Source: Octopus bimaculoides (Eukaryota). From it: 34,165 bases of DNA. Under the pieces are notes generated by a model. The model did not search any database and had not been told where the DNA came from. It worked only from the letters and a program-made list of their open reading frames with translations. Below are positions 1 through 11,309 of the stretch, in pieces. The translations under genes were made by a program, and so were the position numbers. Within the stretch, counting starts at the first letter, position 1; each line of letters starts with the position of its first letter. The stretch is taken from positions 58,937,078-58,971,242 of the forward strand of contig NC_068985.1 of assembly GCF_001194135.2 (NCBI RefSeq), written 5' to 3'.

Positions 1-102
1 GAAGGACAATTGATACTTTACATATTTATTGGGTAGATTCCGTACGAAATATGTTTTCGTAAGTTCTTGTATATTTAAGACGAACGATATTCTTTTCTAC
101 CC

Positions 103-291
103 TAGGCACAAGACCCGAAATTTTGGTGGAGGGGGTCAGTCGATTAGATCGGCCCCAGTATCCAACTTGTACTTAAATTATCGACCCCGAAAGGCAAAGT
201 CGACCTCGGCTGAATTTGAACTCAGAACGTAAAAACAGACGAAATAACGCTAGGCATTTCGCCCGGCGTGCTAACGTTTCTACCAGCCCGC
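103..291 (-). mobile_element. tRNA-derived SINE family A
   Basis: Reverse complement carries A-box-like tggtagaaacgttagc and B box gagttcaaattc; similar to the copies at 2820, 4776, 8965 and 20737. Confidence 0.8.
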
Positions 292-989
292 CACGTTCTT
301 TAAGACGAACGATATTGGATATTGTCATCTTTGTCTTTGTATCCCGTAATGCCTTGTCTCAGCGTATGATTTATCTGCTCCATCCACCTAGTTATTCGTA
401 ATTATGAAATTGAATTTCTCTCCTGTAATATATATATATATATGAGATTCAAACAAAGTTATATGAGAAAATAACTACTACACAACCTTATTCTCAAAGC
501 AATAATTCAATAAAACATAGCATAATATCTTTTAGCAGGTGATTTATCATTATTATTATCAAAATAACGCTTAATTAACAACGCCTGTGACAACATTAAT
601 TCTCTTCTGTCAGGTTTTCTTAATGCAATTACAAAGGAAAATAAACAGATCGATTCTCTCTGTTAATTTTTGATGACCTGGCAGAAGTTTTAGTAAGTCG
701 GGGAAAGCGATTTCACCTTAAATACCACTGAGATGGATAAAATAAAGTGCCACGCAAGTAAAGAAGTCGCTGTTATTAACGAATACCAGTTAGGGGAAAC
801 GGTTGGTTTAATCTAAGAAGGCTCTTCCAAAAATTTCGGCTTTATTGCCTGTGTAAGAGAAAATTATTTAACAGGTGAAATAGATTTAGGAAATCTATAT
901 AGATAGTTTCAACTAATAGATGATTTCTCTAATACCACAGTAACGTATATTGCACACAACTGTACCACACCAAAACGATTTAAGAAGAC

Positions 990-1203
990 TAGTTCCCATG
1001 GCGTGTAAGTTGTCCAGATCTCAGCATTCCACCTGAACGGGGAGGGGTCACTCCGTATCAGGGTTGCTCATTACAACTGAGTGGAGTGGAGCGACGTGAA
1101 ATGAAGTGTTCTGCTCAAGAACACAATAAACGGCTCGGTTCGGGAATCAAAATCACGAACTTGCTCTTGTAACTACTGCAACATAACCGCTACATTACGC
1201 ACC
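990..1203 (-). mobile_element. tRNA-derived CORE-like SINE family C
   Basis: gtgaaatgaagtgttctgctcaagaacacaa plus the reverse complement of a B box (gggaatcaaaatc); similar to 18315, 19188 and 22857. Confidence 0.6.
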
Positions 1204-1224
1204 TTCACCAATTTAACAAACAAT

Positions 1225-1582
1225 TAGGAGTGGCTGTGCGCTAAGTAGCTTGCTTACCAACCACATGGTTCCGGGTTCAGTCCCACTGCGTGGCATCTTG
1301 GGCAAGTGTCTTCTACTATAGCCTTGGGCCTACCAAAGCCATGTGAGTGCATTTGGTATACAGAAACTGAAAGAAGCCCGTCGTATATATGTATATATGT
1401 ATATGCATGTGTGTTTGCGTGTCTGTGTTTGTCCCCCCACCATTGCTTGACAACCGATAGTGATGTGTTTACGTCCCCGTAAATTAGCGGTTCGGCAAAA
1501 GGGACCGATAGAATAAGTACTAGGCTTCCAAAGAATAAGTCCTGGGGTCAATTTGCTCGACTAAAGGCGGTGCTCCAGCATG
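1225..1582 (+). mobile_element. tRNA-derived CORE-type SINE (octopus OR-like), cut by the gap
   Basis: A box tggctgtgcgctaag, B box gggttcagtcc, CORE-like cttgggcaagtgtctt, internal (TG/TA)n, and 3' ...ggtgctccagcatg. Confidence 0.75.
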
Positions 1583-2310
1583 NNNNNNNNNNNNNNNNNN
1601 NNNNNNNNNNNNNNNNNNNNNNNNNNNNNNNNNNNNNNNNNNNNNNNNNNNNNNNNNNNNNNNNNNNNNNNNNNNNNNNNNNNNNNNNNNNNNNNNNNNN
1701 NNNNNNNNNNNNNNNNNNNNNNNNNNNNNNNNNNNNNNNNNNNNNNNNNNNNNNNNNNNNNNNNNNNNNNNNNNNNNNNNNNNNNNNNNNNNNNNNNNNN
1801 NNNNNNNNNNNNNNNNNNNNNNNNNNNNNNNNNNNNNNNNNNNNNNNNNNNNNNNNNNNNNNNNNNNNNNNNNNNNNNNNNNNNNNNNNNNNNNNNNNNN
1901 NNNNNNNNNNNNNNNNNNNNNNNNNNNNNNNNNNNNNNNNNNNNNNNNNNNNNNNNNNNNNNNNNNNNNNNNNNNNNNNNNNNNNNNNNNNNNNNNNNNN
2001 NNNNNNNNNNNNNNNNNNNNNNNNNNNNNNNNNNNNNNNNNNNNNNNNNNNNNNNNNNNNNNNNNNNNNNNNNNNNNNNNNNNNNNNNNNNNNNNNNNNN
2101 NNNNNNNNNNNNNNNNNNNNNNNNNNNNNNNNNNNNNNNNNNNNNNNNNNNNNNNNNNNNNNNNNNNNNNNNNNNNNNNNNNNNNNNNNNNNNNNNNNNN
2201 NNNNNNNNNNNNNNNNNNNNNNNNNNNNNNNNNNNNNNNNNNNNNNNNNNNNNNNNNNNNNNNNNNNNNNNNNNNNNNNNNNNNNNNNNNNNNNNNNNNN
2301 NNNNNNNNNN

Positions 2311-2366
<56 letters not shown>

Positions 2367-2688
2367 GCAATAAGAAAATGGGGGAGGAATAGGTGGTATT
2401 CATCAAGTTGCAGACATAGTATAGTATCAATTAACTTGTTTATTTGTTTACTAAAAGGACAATAATAACAATATACAAACACCTGTGACATATATGTCAT
2501 ATCAGTAATTTATAAAAATGACATATAGTGATAGAAAAACGTCAGGATAGATGTACCTGTTTGCTTGAAAGAAGAATAAAACTCTCCAAAACCACTTATT
2601 TCTCACTATATGTAAACATACACGGAGAATGTAACAAATACATTTAGAAAAACGGTTCTTCCAGTTTGTAAATATACAAACCGGTGGC

Positions 2689-2762
2689 TAGATATACTAG
2701 TATCAATTGATTTCGCTTTCTGTGTCGAATTGATACTTAAAGCTCGTCAGCTAGGCTTTCTA
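2689..2762 (-). ncRNA. Type I hammerhead ribozyme motif with intact catalytic core
   Basis: Minus strand reads TAGA-AAGC-CTAG CTGACGA GCTTT-(19-nt loop)-AAAGC GAAA TCAATTG ATA CTAG-TATA-TCTA. Core CUGANGA/GAAA/NUH(AUA) is present, helix II has 5 bp, helix III is palindromic, and helix I has 4+4 bp around an internal loop. Confidence 0.72.
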
Positions 2763-2819
2763 CGTAAACTGTTTTTTTAAATATATTTACCCTTCTGTGA
2801 TATATCTGTATATTTATTG

Positions 2820-3040
2820 CGGTGAGCTGGCAGAATCGTTAGCACGCCGGGCAAAATGCTTAGTGGTATTTCGTTTGCCGTTACGTTCTGAGTTCAAATT
2901 ACACCGAAGTCGACTCATCCTTTCAGGGTTGATTAAATAAGTCCTAGCTACGTACTGGTGTCGATGTAATCGACTTAATCCCTTTCTCTTACCTTCTTTG
3001 TCCCCTCTATGTTTAGCTCCCCTGTAGGCAATTAAGAAAT
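2820..3040 (+). mobile_element. SINE family A (tail variant 1)
   Basis: ggtgagctggcagaatcgttagc...gagttcaaatt...gtcgatgtaatcgact...gtcccctctatgtttag. Confidence 0.85.
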
Positions 3041-4492
3041 GGATATATTTGTATATTTACATTATGCTTGCTGGCCACTTTATCGTTGTTGTTTTTTTAA
3101 GATAATGATAAATNNNNNNNNNNTCCCTCAAGAAAATACTTGTCAAGTTTATCGGTCTATTTAAGTGATATTCATGTCTGTGTGGGTGTGTGAGAGAGTA
3201 TGTTCCTCCATAGGCATTCACTTTTTATGCTAATTCTTTCTGTATGTTTATTTTACTATTTATCTCTCCCTCTCCCTATATTATGGAATGAATAACCAGA
3301 TAAATCAGCCAACCAACGAATACCAGTATCTACTATTATATACAGATTCCTCCTTACCATACAAGATCGTCTTTCGCAGGTTGGGTATAGCCTAGATAAG
3401 AAATACCTTGTAGTACTTGAACTTACCTCTGTGGTTTCCAATTCGATAAGGTTCAAGTAATCAGATTAGTGATATATTTTTAGCCGAGATAATCGAAAAT
3501 TTCTACAAGCATTTGATGGTGTATAGAATAATTTTGTTTCTTTCCCTCAACCAATCGCATGCGCCTTGAACAAAACCATGACCACTACTTTCATTAATTT
3601 GAATGTTTCATGTATCAAAGACAATAAAAATTGACCCGACTCGTCAGATGTGTGTACAAGACGAATGTACGATATTCCACTTGAAGGAAACAAGGGTTAT
3701 AACTTTTAAAGCACAAAACAAGTCGTTTGCTTTATTTCATCTGAGGCACACTTTCTTTAATATGATATTAGGAAAATTCCAACTCAAAAGGCCTGTGATT
3801 CTGAAAGTGTTTGTGGTTTTAAGAGTCGAAAAAGGTTATTGTCAGACATCAATTATAAACAGTCTTAAAATGTTTATAATATGTGCGAACTCGTCTCATG
3901 CAGATGCATGCAGTTTTTTAACAGCAGTGGTTGAGGTAAATATAAAATAAAGCGTTGAACTTTAGGTATACTTCTGAGGTTTGTTACAGTGAACTACAGA
4001 GGAGATGACCACATGCGAAAAAACCAAAGAACACCTTATATCCAAGTAGAAAGGTACTGAGAGAATATAACCTTTACGAACAATATACAAACCAGGTTCA
4101 TTCGATTAGTTGCTGCTGAAAAGGATACGCATTATTGGAGCACGGTACCTCATACCATATCCCAATAATGTGAACATAGTCTACATTTTGATTTTCTGAA
4201 CCTGTCACCAGCCATGATTTATTCTCTTAAATGTAGTGAGTCTAGAGTCAGGGTTACGAAGTTTAGTCATTGCTTTAGAAAGGCAGCAAGCTTACTGTCA
4301 ATTGGTATTTTGATCATATTTCTGCACAAGGTGGACACAGAAACATAGATTTCGTAATACACTTTGATTCCACTTTTCGTATTGTGTCTTACTATCAGTA
4401 GATGATCTGTTTAATATGTATGTATAGGGTGTTGGAAATAAGCAAATTTCAGCCAACTAGATTGTATTTTGCCTATCCTGTCCACCGCCCTT

Positions 4493-4640
4493 AATGGCGG
4501 ACTGGAAGAATCATTATCGCTTTACTTCTTCCAGCACTTTACGTTCTGATTTCAAATCCCATCACAATTAAATTTGGTTTTCATCATTCCAAGATCAATA
4601 AAGTAAGATACAAGTCAAGTAATGGAAATCGTATTATAAT
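4493..4640 (+). mobile_element. Highly diverged SINE family A-like copy
   Basis: ttacgttctgatttcaaatcc...ttttcatcattcc...gatcaataaagtaag resembles the family A body. Confidence 0.45.
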
Positions 4641-4775
4641 TAATAATATCCCTCTACAGATTGGAGGACTTCAGCTCATGTATGAAAACATTATTATTCT
4701 TATTGAAGTATCATTATTTAAAAAATATTCTTTCTTATTGTTCCTCTTCATCATATTCCCCTTATTATTATTAAA

Positions 4776-4985
4776 GCGGCGAGCTGGCAGGATAGTTAGC
4801 ACGCCTGACAGAACTCTTAGCGGCATTTCGTTCGTCTTAACGTTCTCAGTTCAAATTCCGCCGAGGTCGATTTGCCTTTCATACTTTCGGGTTCGATAAA
4901 ATAATTTCCAGTTGAACACTGGGTTCGATGTCATCAGCTTGTCCTCTTTCATGAAACTGCTGGCCTTGTGCCAAAATTTGAAATC
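4776..4985 (+). mobile_element. SINE family A (tail variant 2)
   Basis: gcggcgagctggcag...agttcaaattccgccgaggtcga...ggccttgtgccaaaatttgaaa. Confidence 0.85.
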
Positions 4986-5288
4986 ATTTTGGTTGTTTTT
5001 GTTCATACCATTATCTTCATTTTTGTTATTAATGTTGGTATGGTTTTTATTTTCAATGTTGTATAATTCCTGTAACTGCCGCTGCTATCTTACTATCTCT
5101 GCTTGTAACGACGAAAAGATTTGTAAAATGAATTCTTTAGCATTGCAATAAAATCCAAGTTATATCAGCTGGAATAGAAACAATGCATTATCTTAGTGTC
5201 TGATTTTAGAGTAGTCACCCCTTACTTTATATTTACAACATCCTTCCCATTTTATTTTTTTAATAACCAACAGCACAAAGCCTGAAGA

Positions 5289-5325
5289 GGCGTGACAAAA
5301 TGGCGTGACAAGATGGCGTGACAAG
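5289..5325. repeat. 13-bp tandem repeat, about 3 units
   Basis: ggcgtgacaaaat ggcgtgacaagat ggcgtgacaag. Confidence 0.9.
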
Positions 5326-5571
5326 AAGCTTTGTTAAAACAGCTAATGTTTTACATCAACAAAATGTCATCCTCAAACTTTGTTTTCCTGATTTCTATTA
5401 ACGTAATCGCTTTCTTGAAGTAATGTTCAATAAAACTAATTTATTTTGTGAAACTACTTCCAATTTCCCTACTGTCATCGTCCAGCCTCATTAAATTCTT
5501 ATCTATTTTTCTTTTAAAGTTAGGACTACAAGATATCTACCACACATAACCATGATAAACATGATAACCAC

Positions 5572-5960
5572 AGTAGCTCTCATGGCTTCTGATCTTAATT
5601 GATTGTCCGTGTTATGTACATTGTATTGACTTGGTAGAGAAGATGAGCTACAACAAATATTCTACTTAATACCACATATTTGCTTGTCAGTTGTTTGACC
5701 TTAACCAGTTGAGCATGTCCATTAGTGGCTGATGATATGTGCATCTCTGATAACGAGCAGAAGTAGTGGGAAAACATCATAGCCATGTGCTGAAAGGAAT
5801 TCTTTGGAGTTCGGATAATTCACCTTTAGAAACATGGGTGTTTCACTCAACATCTTCAAACAACTTTTATTCAGGGACCTTTTGAACAGGATGAAAATTC
5901 TAACTGGGCTTCCTACATTTTACCGCAGTGTTACTTTGACACTACTCTCTCACTCAATAA
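5572..5960 (+). repeat. Unclassified (AAT)n-associated interspersed repeat (family B), internally deleted copy
   Basis: Colinear with 6146-6685, with two internal deletions; ends ctctctcactc followed by (aat)n. Confidence 0.8.
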
Positions 5961-6006
5961 TAATAATGACAACAACAACAACAACAACAACAACATTAAT
6001 AATAAC

Positions 6007-6085
<79 letters not shown>
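5955..6085. repeat. (AAT)n/(ACA)n microsatellite
   Basis: Read directly from the sequence. Confidence 0.95.
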
Positions 6086-6088
<3 letters not shown>

Positions 6089-6685
6089 TGCCCTGATGCA
6101 GTACCAAATGCCCTGATGCAGTATAAAATGCCCTGATGCAGTACCAGGCAGCGGCTCTCGTGACTTCTGATCTTAATTGATTGGAAGTGTTATCATGTAC
6201 ATTGTTTTGTCTTGGTATAAAAGATGGGCTACAGCAAATATTCTGCTTAATACCACAGATTTGCTTGTCAGTTGTTTGACCTTAACCAGTTGAACATGTC
6301 CCTTAGTGGCTGACGATATGTGCATCTCTGATCATGAACAGAAGTAGTGGGGAAGCATCATAGCCATGTGTTGAGAGAAATTCTTTGGGGTTTGAATAAT
6401 TCACCTTTGGAAACATGGGTGTTTTGCTCAACATCCTTAAACAAAACTTATTCAGGGACCTTTTGAGCGGGATGGGCTACTCGACCTGAAAAAAATTCTA
6501 ACTGGCCCCACCTGTGAGGTCATGCGCTGTTTATCTTGATATGAGATCACCATGTCGCGCACATATGGTTGTGATGCATGTGCCTGGTGTACCCTTATCA
6601 GACGGGTAGTCATGATGGGTATATTGGGCTTTTTATATTTTACCCCAGTGTCACTTTCATGGCATGCACTGCTCTCTCACTCAAT
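6086..6685 (+). repeat. Family B repeat, near-complete ~600-bp copy
   Basis: Starts aaatgccctgatgcagtacc and ends ctctctcactc; flanked on both sides by (AAT)n. Confidence 0.85.
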
Positions 6686-6715
6686 AATAATAATAATAAT
6701 AATAACAATAAGATA

Positions 6716-6814
6716 ATGGTTTAAAATTTTGGCACGAGGCTATCAACTTCGGGGGCGTGGGTAGTCGATTACATCGGTACCAGTGCGCAGCTGCTACCTA
6801 TTTCTCCTGAAAGG
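6716..6814 (-). mobile_element. Partial SINE family A (3' part)
   Basis: aaattttggcacgag...gtagtcgattacatcg...cctgaaagga is the reverse complement of the family A tail. Confidence 0.6.
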
Positions 6815-6817
6815 AGA

Positions 6818-6976
6818 GAATCCAATTATAAAAGTTTTCTAATCGAAATCGTAAAGATGTGGCATCTCAACACGGTTACAATACCAGTGATTGTAGGAGC
6901 ACTTGGAATGATGACAAAAGGAACTGAAACGATTGTCTTAACTGGTTCGTCACATGTACTGAAAAGAGCATTGTTA
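6818..6976 (+). mobile_element. C-terminal remnant of an RLE-type (R4/Dong-like) non-LTR retrotransposon
   Basis: SNYKSFLIEIVKMWHLNTVTIPVIVGALGM...IVLTGSSHVLKRAL resembles the K..KY..L...W......PVVIGALG tail of restriction-like-endonuclease LINEs. Internally deleted. Assignment is by recall, not by search. Confidence 0.6.
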
Positions 6977-7210
6977 ACTGAATTTTTTTTCCTTTTCCCT
7001 CTTTGCTTATTTTTGAGATTTTCTTATTTTTTTCTCTTCCTTTCTATCTTTGTTCCTTTTTTCTTTATCACATGACTTTGTTAATGAACACTCTAGTTTG
7101 TTTATTTTAATGGTCTACCAATAATGTACACAGTGCGTTTTTACGGCCCTCGGTGTCAGGAAGACACTCGGTAAGAAATGGAACAGAAGTGAAATATGAT
7201 ATTGAAAACA

Positions 7211-7294
<84 letters not shown>

Positions 7295-7365
7295 GTGGTG
7301 GTAGTGGTGGTGGTNNNNNNNNNNATGATGATGATGGTGATGATGATGATGATGATGATGATGAC

Positions 7366-7427
<62 letters not shown>
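7211..7427. repeat. Compound (GAT)n/(GGT)n/(AAT)n microsatellite
   Basis: Read directly; source of the spurious poly-D/M/S ORFs. Confidence 0.95.
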
Positions 7428-7430
<3 letters not shown>

Positions 7431-7556
7431 TATAAATTTGGTGGAAGGGGTAGTCGATTATATCAACTGCTACTTATGTTATAAATACCAAAATAAGGAG
7501 GGCAAACTAGACCTTGAACAGAGAATGTAGGCTCAGACTTGAATTTTTACTTTAGT

Positions 7557-7715
7557 AAGGTCGATCCCAGAGTTCCATTGGTACTTATTTTATCAACCTC
7601 GAAAGGATGAAATTTAAAGTCGACCTCGGTGGAATTCGAACTTAGAACGTGAAGACAGCCGAAATGCCGCTAAGCTCTTTGCTTAGCGTGCTAACGATCG
7701 TGCAGCTCACCGCCG
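7557..7715 (-). mobile_element. SINE family A
   Basis: gtcgacctcggtggaattcgaacttagaacgt...gctaacgat...gctcaccgcc. Confidence 0.8.
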
Positions 7716-7744
7716 TGACGTGCAATAATAATAGTAAAAATGTT

Positions 7745-8400
7745 TTCTATATTAACCATTAAGGTTTCACAAAAAAGCATTGGGGACAGCATAGGACAAT
7801 ACTATGTGAGGTTACATAAAGGGCGTATAAAAGTAAAAAAAAAAAACAGTCGCAATATAAAATTATAACTACGAGTATTTCTCCCAAAAGAGGATAACGT
7901 CCAAGGGCTGCTCGTGGATGCCCTACAACAGCACGGTAGCCAGCAGAGCAATACCCGCTCTTTCTCGTATATAGGTGCAAGAATGGTCCCCTTCACTTGG
8001 ATCATTCTTCCCACATTCGTCCACCATTCAACAAAATTGAGGGAGATAGCACTTACCTCTCATCTGTCATTTCCTTGTCAATTGAAACTTGAAATAGTTG
8101 ATAAATGCTTTGCCAAAGAAGTGAGTTCCTGTGTTCAGCCCTTTCAGTCTTTTTCGCGGAACCCACCAGACAAAGAAACACTGCCTTCCCTTCCTCATCA
8201 AAGGAAGGTGACAATAAAATATTCTCAATATACTCAGCCAATAGCCGGATCCTTCATACTCATGACAACACTTGTTCGACATAAATCCAAAGGTCAGTAA
8301 TATTCCGGCGCTGGCATATAACCAGCCCACCCTGTCCCAGCCCCTATCCACTTGCCGAGAGTCTTGGCATACCATCGAGGTAGGAAGTGAAGTTCATTCT
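7745..8400 (-). mobile_element. Probable L1/Tx1-like LINE ORF2 C-terminus and 3' UTR remnant
   Basis: Frameshifted minus-strand segments EGKAVFLCLV / RLKGLNTGTHFFGKAFINYFKFQLTRK / FVEWWTNVGRM resemble Tx1-type ORF2 ends. Assignment is by recall only. Confidence 0.4.
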
Positions 8401-8964
8401 GCATTAGAACTAGCATTCGTCCCAAGCGGCTGGGGTTAGTGCTGCTGAAATTCTGCACACATCTGTACGTGCCGAGCTTGGTGAACCATAGTCCGAATTG
8501 TGGATTTGTTGCCGCGTTACACCGCTGTTATTTACCTACACACACACAAACACACATACATATATATACATATATATATNNNNNNNNNNNNNNNNNNNNN
8601 NNNNNNNNNNNNNNNNNNNNNNNNNNNNNNNNNNNNNNNNNNNNNNNNNNNNNNNNNNNNNNNNNNNNNNNNNNNNNNNNNNNNNNNNNNNNNNNNNNNN
8701 NNNNNNNNNNNNNNNNNNNNNNNNNNNNNNNNNNNNNNNNNNNNNNNNNNNNNNNNNNNNNNNNNNNNNNNNNNNNNNNNNNNTCTGTGTATGCGAAGGC
8801 TAAACAAAAATTCACAATATTATTATAACTTATCATAATGCATTGGTATTTATTACCCAACACTGGTAAATTATTTATGTAATACGGTTCCCTCCGCGTC
8901 TACAAAATCCGAAAGGGCATCTTTAGCACATTTTAAAGTGAATTAACAACTAGAATGAATGACC

Positions 8965-9190
8965 ACGGTGAGCTGGCACAAACATTAGTACGCCGGGCGA
9001 AATGCTTAGCGGCATTTCGACTGCCGTTACGTTCTGAGTTCAAATTCCGCCGAGGTTGACTTTGCCTTTCATCCTTTCGCGGTCGATATATTAAGTACCA
9101 GTTACGCGCTGGAGTTGTTGTAATTGACTTAACTCCTTTGCCTGTCCTTGTTTGTCCCCTCTATGTTTAGCACCTTGTAAGAAATAAGAA
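8965..9190 (+). mobile_element. SINE family A (tail variant 1)
   Basis: ggtgagctggcac...gagttcaaattccgccgagg...gtcccctctatgtttagc. Confidence 0.85.
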
Positions 9191-9682
9191 TGAATGGCCA
9201 CGCCCTCTACCACATTTGTTTTTTTACATGTCATTAAAATTCATTCAAGTAACAATACATTTTTAATATAATAGAAGGACATAGTATTCCTTCACTTTAT
9301 AAATATGTCACTAATTCTATCGATTACCTTGGTTTTCTTATATAAAATTACGAAGCGATAATTTTTTATGGTGCACATTAAATTTCAAATGTTATGGAAA
9401 GAAAATGTTGTTTTACAAAGGTTTCTGTCAAGAATAGTTGTTTTATTTCTCTGTCGTGAAAGAAATTGTACTCAATTAATTAGTTTTGTGTTATGTTATG
9501 TACCATCCACTTCCATGCGCGCATTATTTTATTGGAAAATATACAGTTGATCTGTTATATACGGTAAAGAAGAATCGCGGCAAAAGGAATATATGTATGT
9601 GTGTGACTGTGTTTGTGAGTGTGTGTGTGTGTGTGTGTTTGCGTATGTACACATATATACATATTCATATACACATACACAT

Positions 9683-10110
9683 GAGAATTCACAAAAAGAA
9701 ACAAAAGACGATAACAGGTGGTGTAAACAACAAACAAATGTATTAGTGTAATGCTCGGGAAGTAAAAAAGTCTTTAACGTTTCGAACCTACGTTCTTCCA
9801 TAGAAAGAAACACAGAAAGAAACAAGGAGAGAAAATAAAGAATGTGTAGTGGCTAGCGTTCTATCATGGTGAATGCCAGACAGAAAGGTCACACAGGAGA
9901 GCTAGGAAGTTAGGGAGATAATAAAGTAGTGGTGATCCCAAAACGATGATGTGGGGCTGGGAAGTGGTCAGTGCTAGTGTTTGCGTGGTGAAGTGCTGTG
10001 ATGAGTTGTGTGTCATGGTGGTGTATGGTGTACTGATGTGTGGTTTTGGGAGGTGGGGGATATGAGATTGAGAAAACCAAGGGTGTGGGTTGATGTGGGG
10101 TATGCTGGTA
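9683..10110 (-). mobile_element. Penelope-type terminal fragment, running into an assembly gap
   Basis: Shares acaggtggtgtaaa...tattagt...gctcgggaa...aagtcttt.acgtttcga with 28022-28200 and carries a hammerhead-like motif. Confidence 0.55.
9771..9808 (-). ncRNA. Degenerate minimal hammerhead motif in a Penelope-type pLTR fragment
   Basis: Minus strand TCTTT CTATGGA A GAAC-GTAG-GTTC GAAAC GTT AAAGA. Helices I and II pair; the CUGANGA core is mutated. Confidence 0.45.
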
Positions 10111-10979
10111 NNNNNNNNNNNNNNNNNNNNNNNNNNNNNNNNNNNNNNNNNNNNNNNNNNNNNNNNNNNNNNNNNNNNNNNNNNNNNNNNNNNNNNNNNN
10201 NNNNNNNNNNNNNNNNNNNNNNNNNNNNNNNNNNNNNNNNNNNNNNNNNNNNNNNNNNNNNNNNNNNNNNNNNNNNNNNNNNNNNNNNNNNNNNNNNNNN
10301 NNNNNNNNNNNNNNNNNNNNNNNNNNNNNNNNNNNNNNNNNNNNNNNNNNNNNNNNNNNNNNNNNNNNNNNNNNNNNNNNNNNNNNNNNNNNNNNNNNNN
10401 NNNNNNNNNNNNNNNNNNNNNNNNNNNNNNNNNNNNNNNNNNNNNNNNNNNNNNNNNNNNNNNNNNNNNNNNNNNNNNNNNNNNNNNNNNNNNNNNNNNN
10501 NNNNNNNNNNNNNNNNNNNNNNNNNNNNNNNNNNNNNNNNNNNNNNNNNNNNNNNNNNNNNNNNNNNNNNNNNNNNNNNNNNNNNNNNNNNNNNNNNNNN
10601 NNNNNNNNNNNNNNNNNNNNNNNNNNNNNNNNNNNNNNNNNNNNNNNNNNNNNNNNNNNNNNNNNNNNNNNNNNNNNNNNNNNNNNNNNNNNNNNNNNNN
10701 NNNNNNNNNNNNNNNNNNNNNNNNNNNNNNNNNNNNNNNNNNNNNNNNNNNNNNNNNNNNNNNNNNNNNNNNNNNNNNNNNNNNNNNNNNNNNNNNNNNN
10801 NNNNNNNNNNNNNNNNNNNNNNNNNNNNNNNNNNNNNNNNNNNNNNNNNNNNNNNNNNNNNNNNNNNNNNNNNNNNNNNNNNNNNNNNNNNNNNNNNNNN
10901 NNNNNNNNNNNNNNNNNNNNNNNNNNNNNNNNNNNNNNNNNNNNNNNNNNNNNNNNNNNNNNNNNNNNNNNNNNNNNNN

Positions 10980-11014
<35 letters not shown>

Positions 11015-11309
11015 GCAGAAATCTTTAATATTTATTTAAGTTTCAGCTGCCGTGGAAGTGATGGTTACATATTGTACGAAGTTACAACATGTCCATTATG
11101 AAAACATTTGTACAGAAATAATTTAAATCTATGGTTTTATATTAACTTATATATGTGCTATTGTACTGAAGTGTTGAAATTCAATACACTTTGAGATATA
11201 TGGAAAGCAGTGTATAATCTTTTTATTTTCTCGAGTATACAGTCTTATGTGGTCCAAGTTTATTTTTCAAAGCGGTTACGAAGTAAATACAAAACATCTC
11301 TCTGCACCC

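Noticed and set aside
3550-3566. CCAAT next to a CGCATGCG (NRF1-like) palindrome
   Set aside because: Short motifs with no TSS, CpG-island or exon support.
3570-3650. CTGACGA...GAAAC...GTA on the minus strand
   Set aside because: No credible helix II and only weak helices I and III.
10045-10105. G-run cluster as a possible G-quadruplex
   Set aside because: One loop is long, and the tract is part of a TE fragment ending in a gap.
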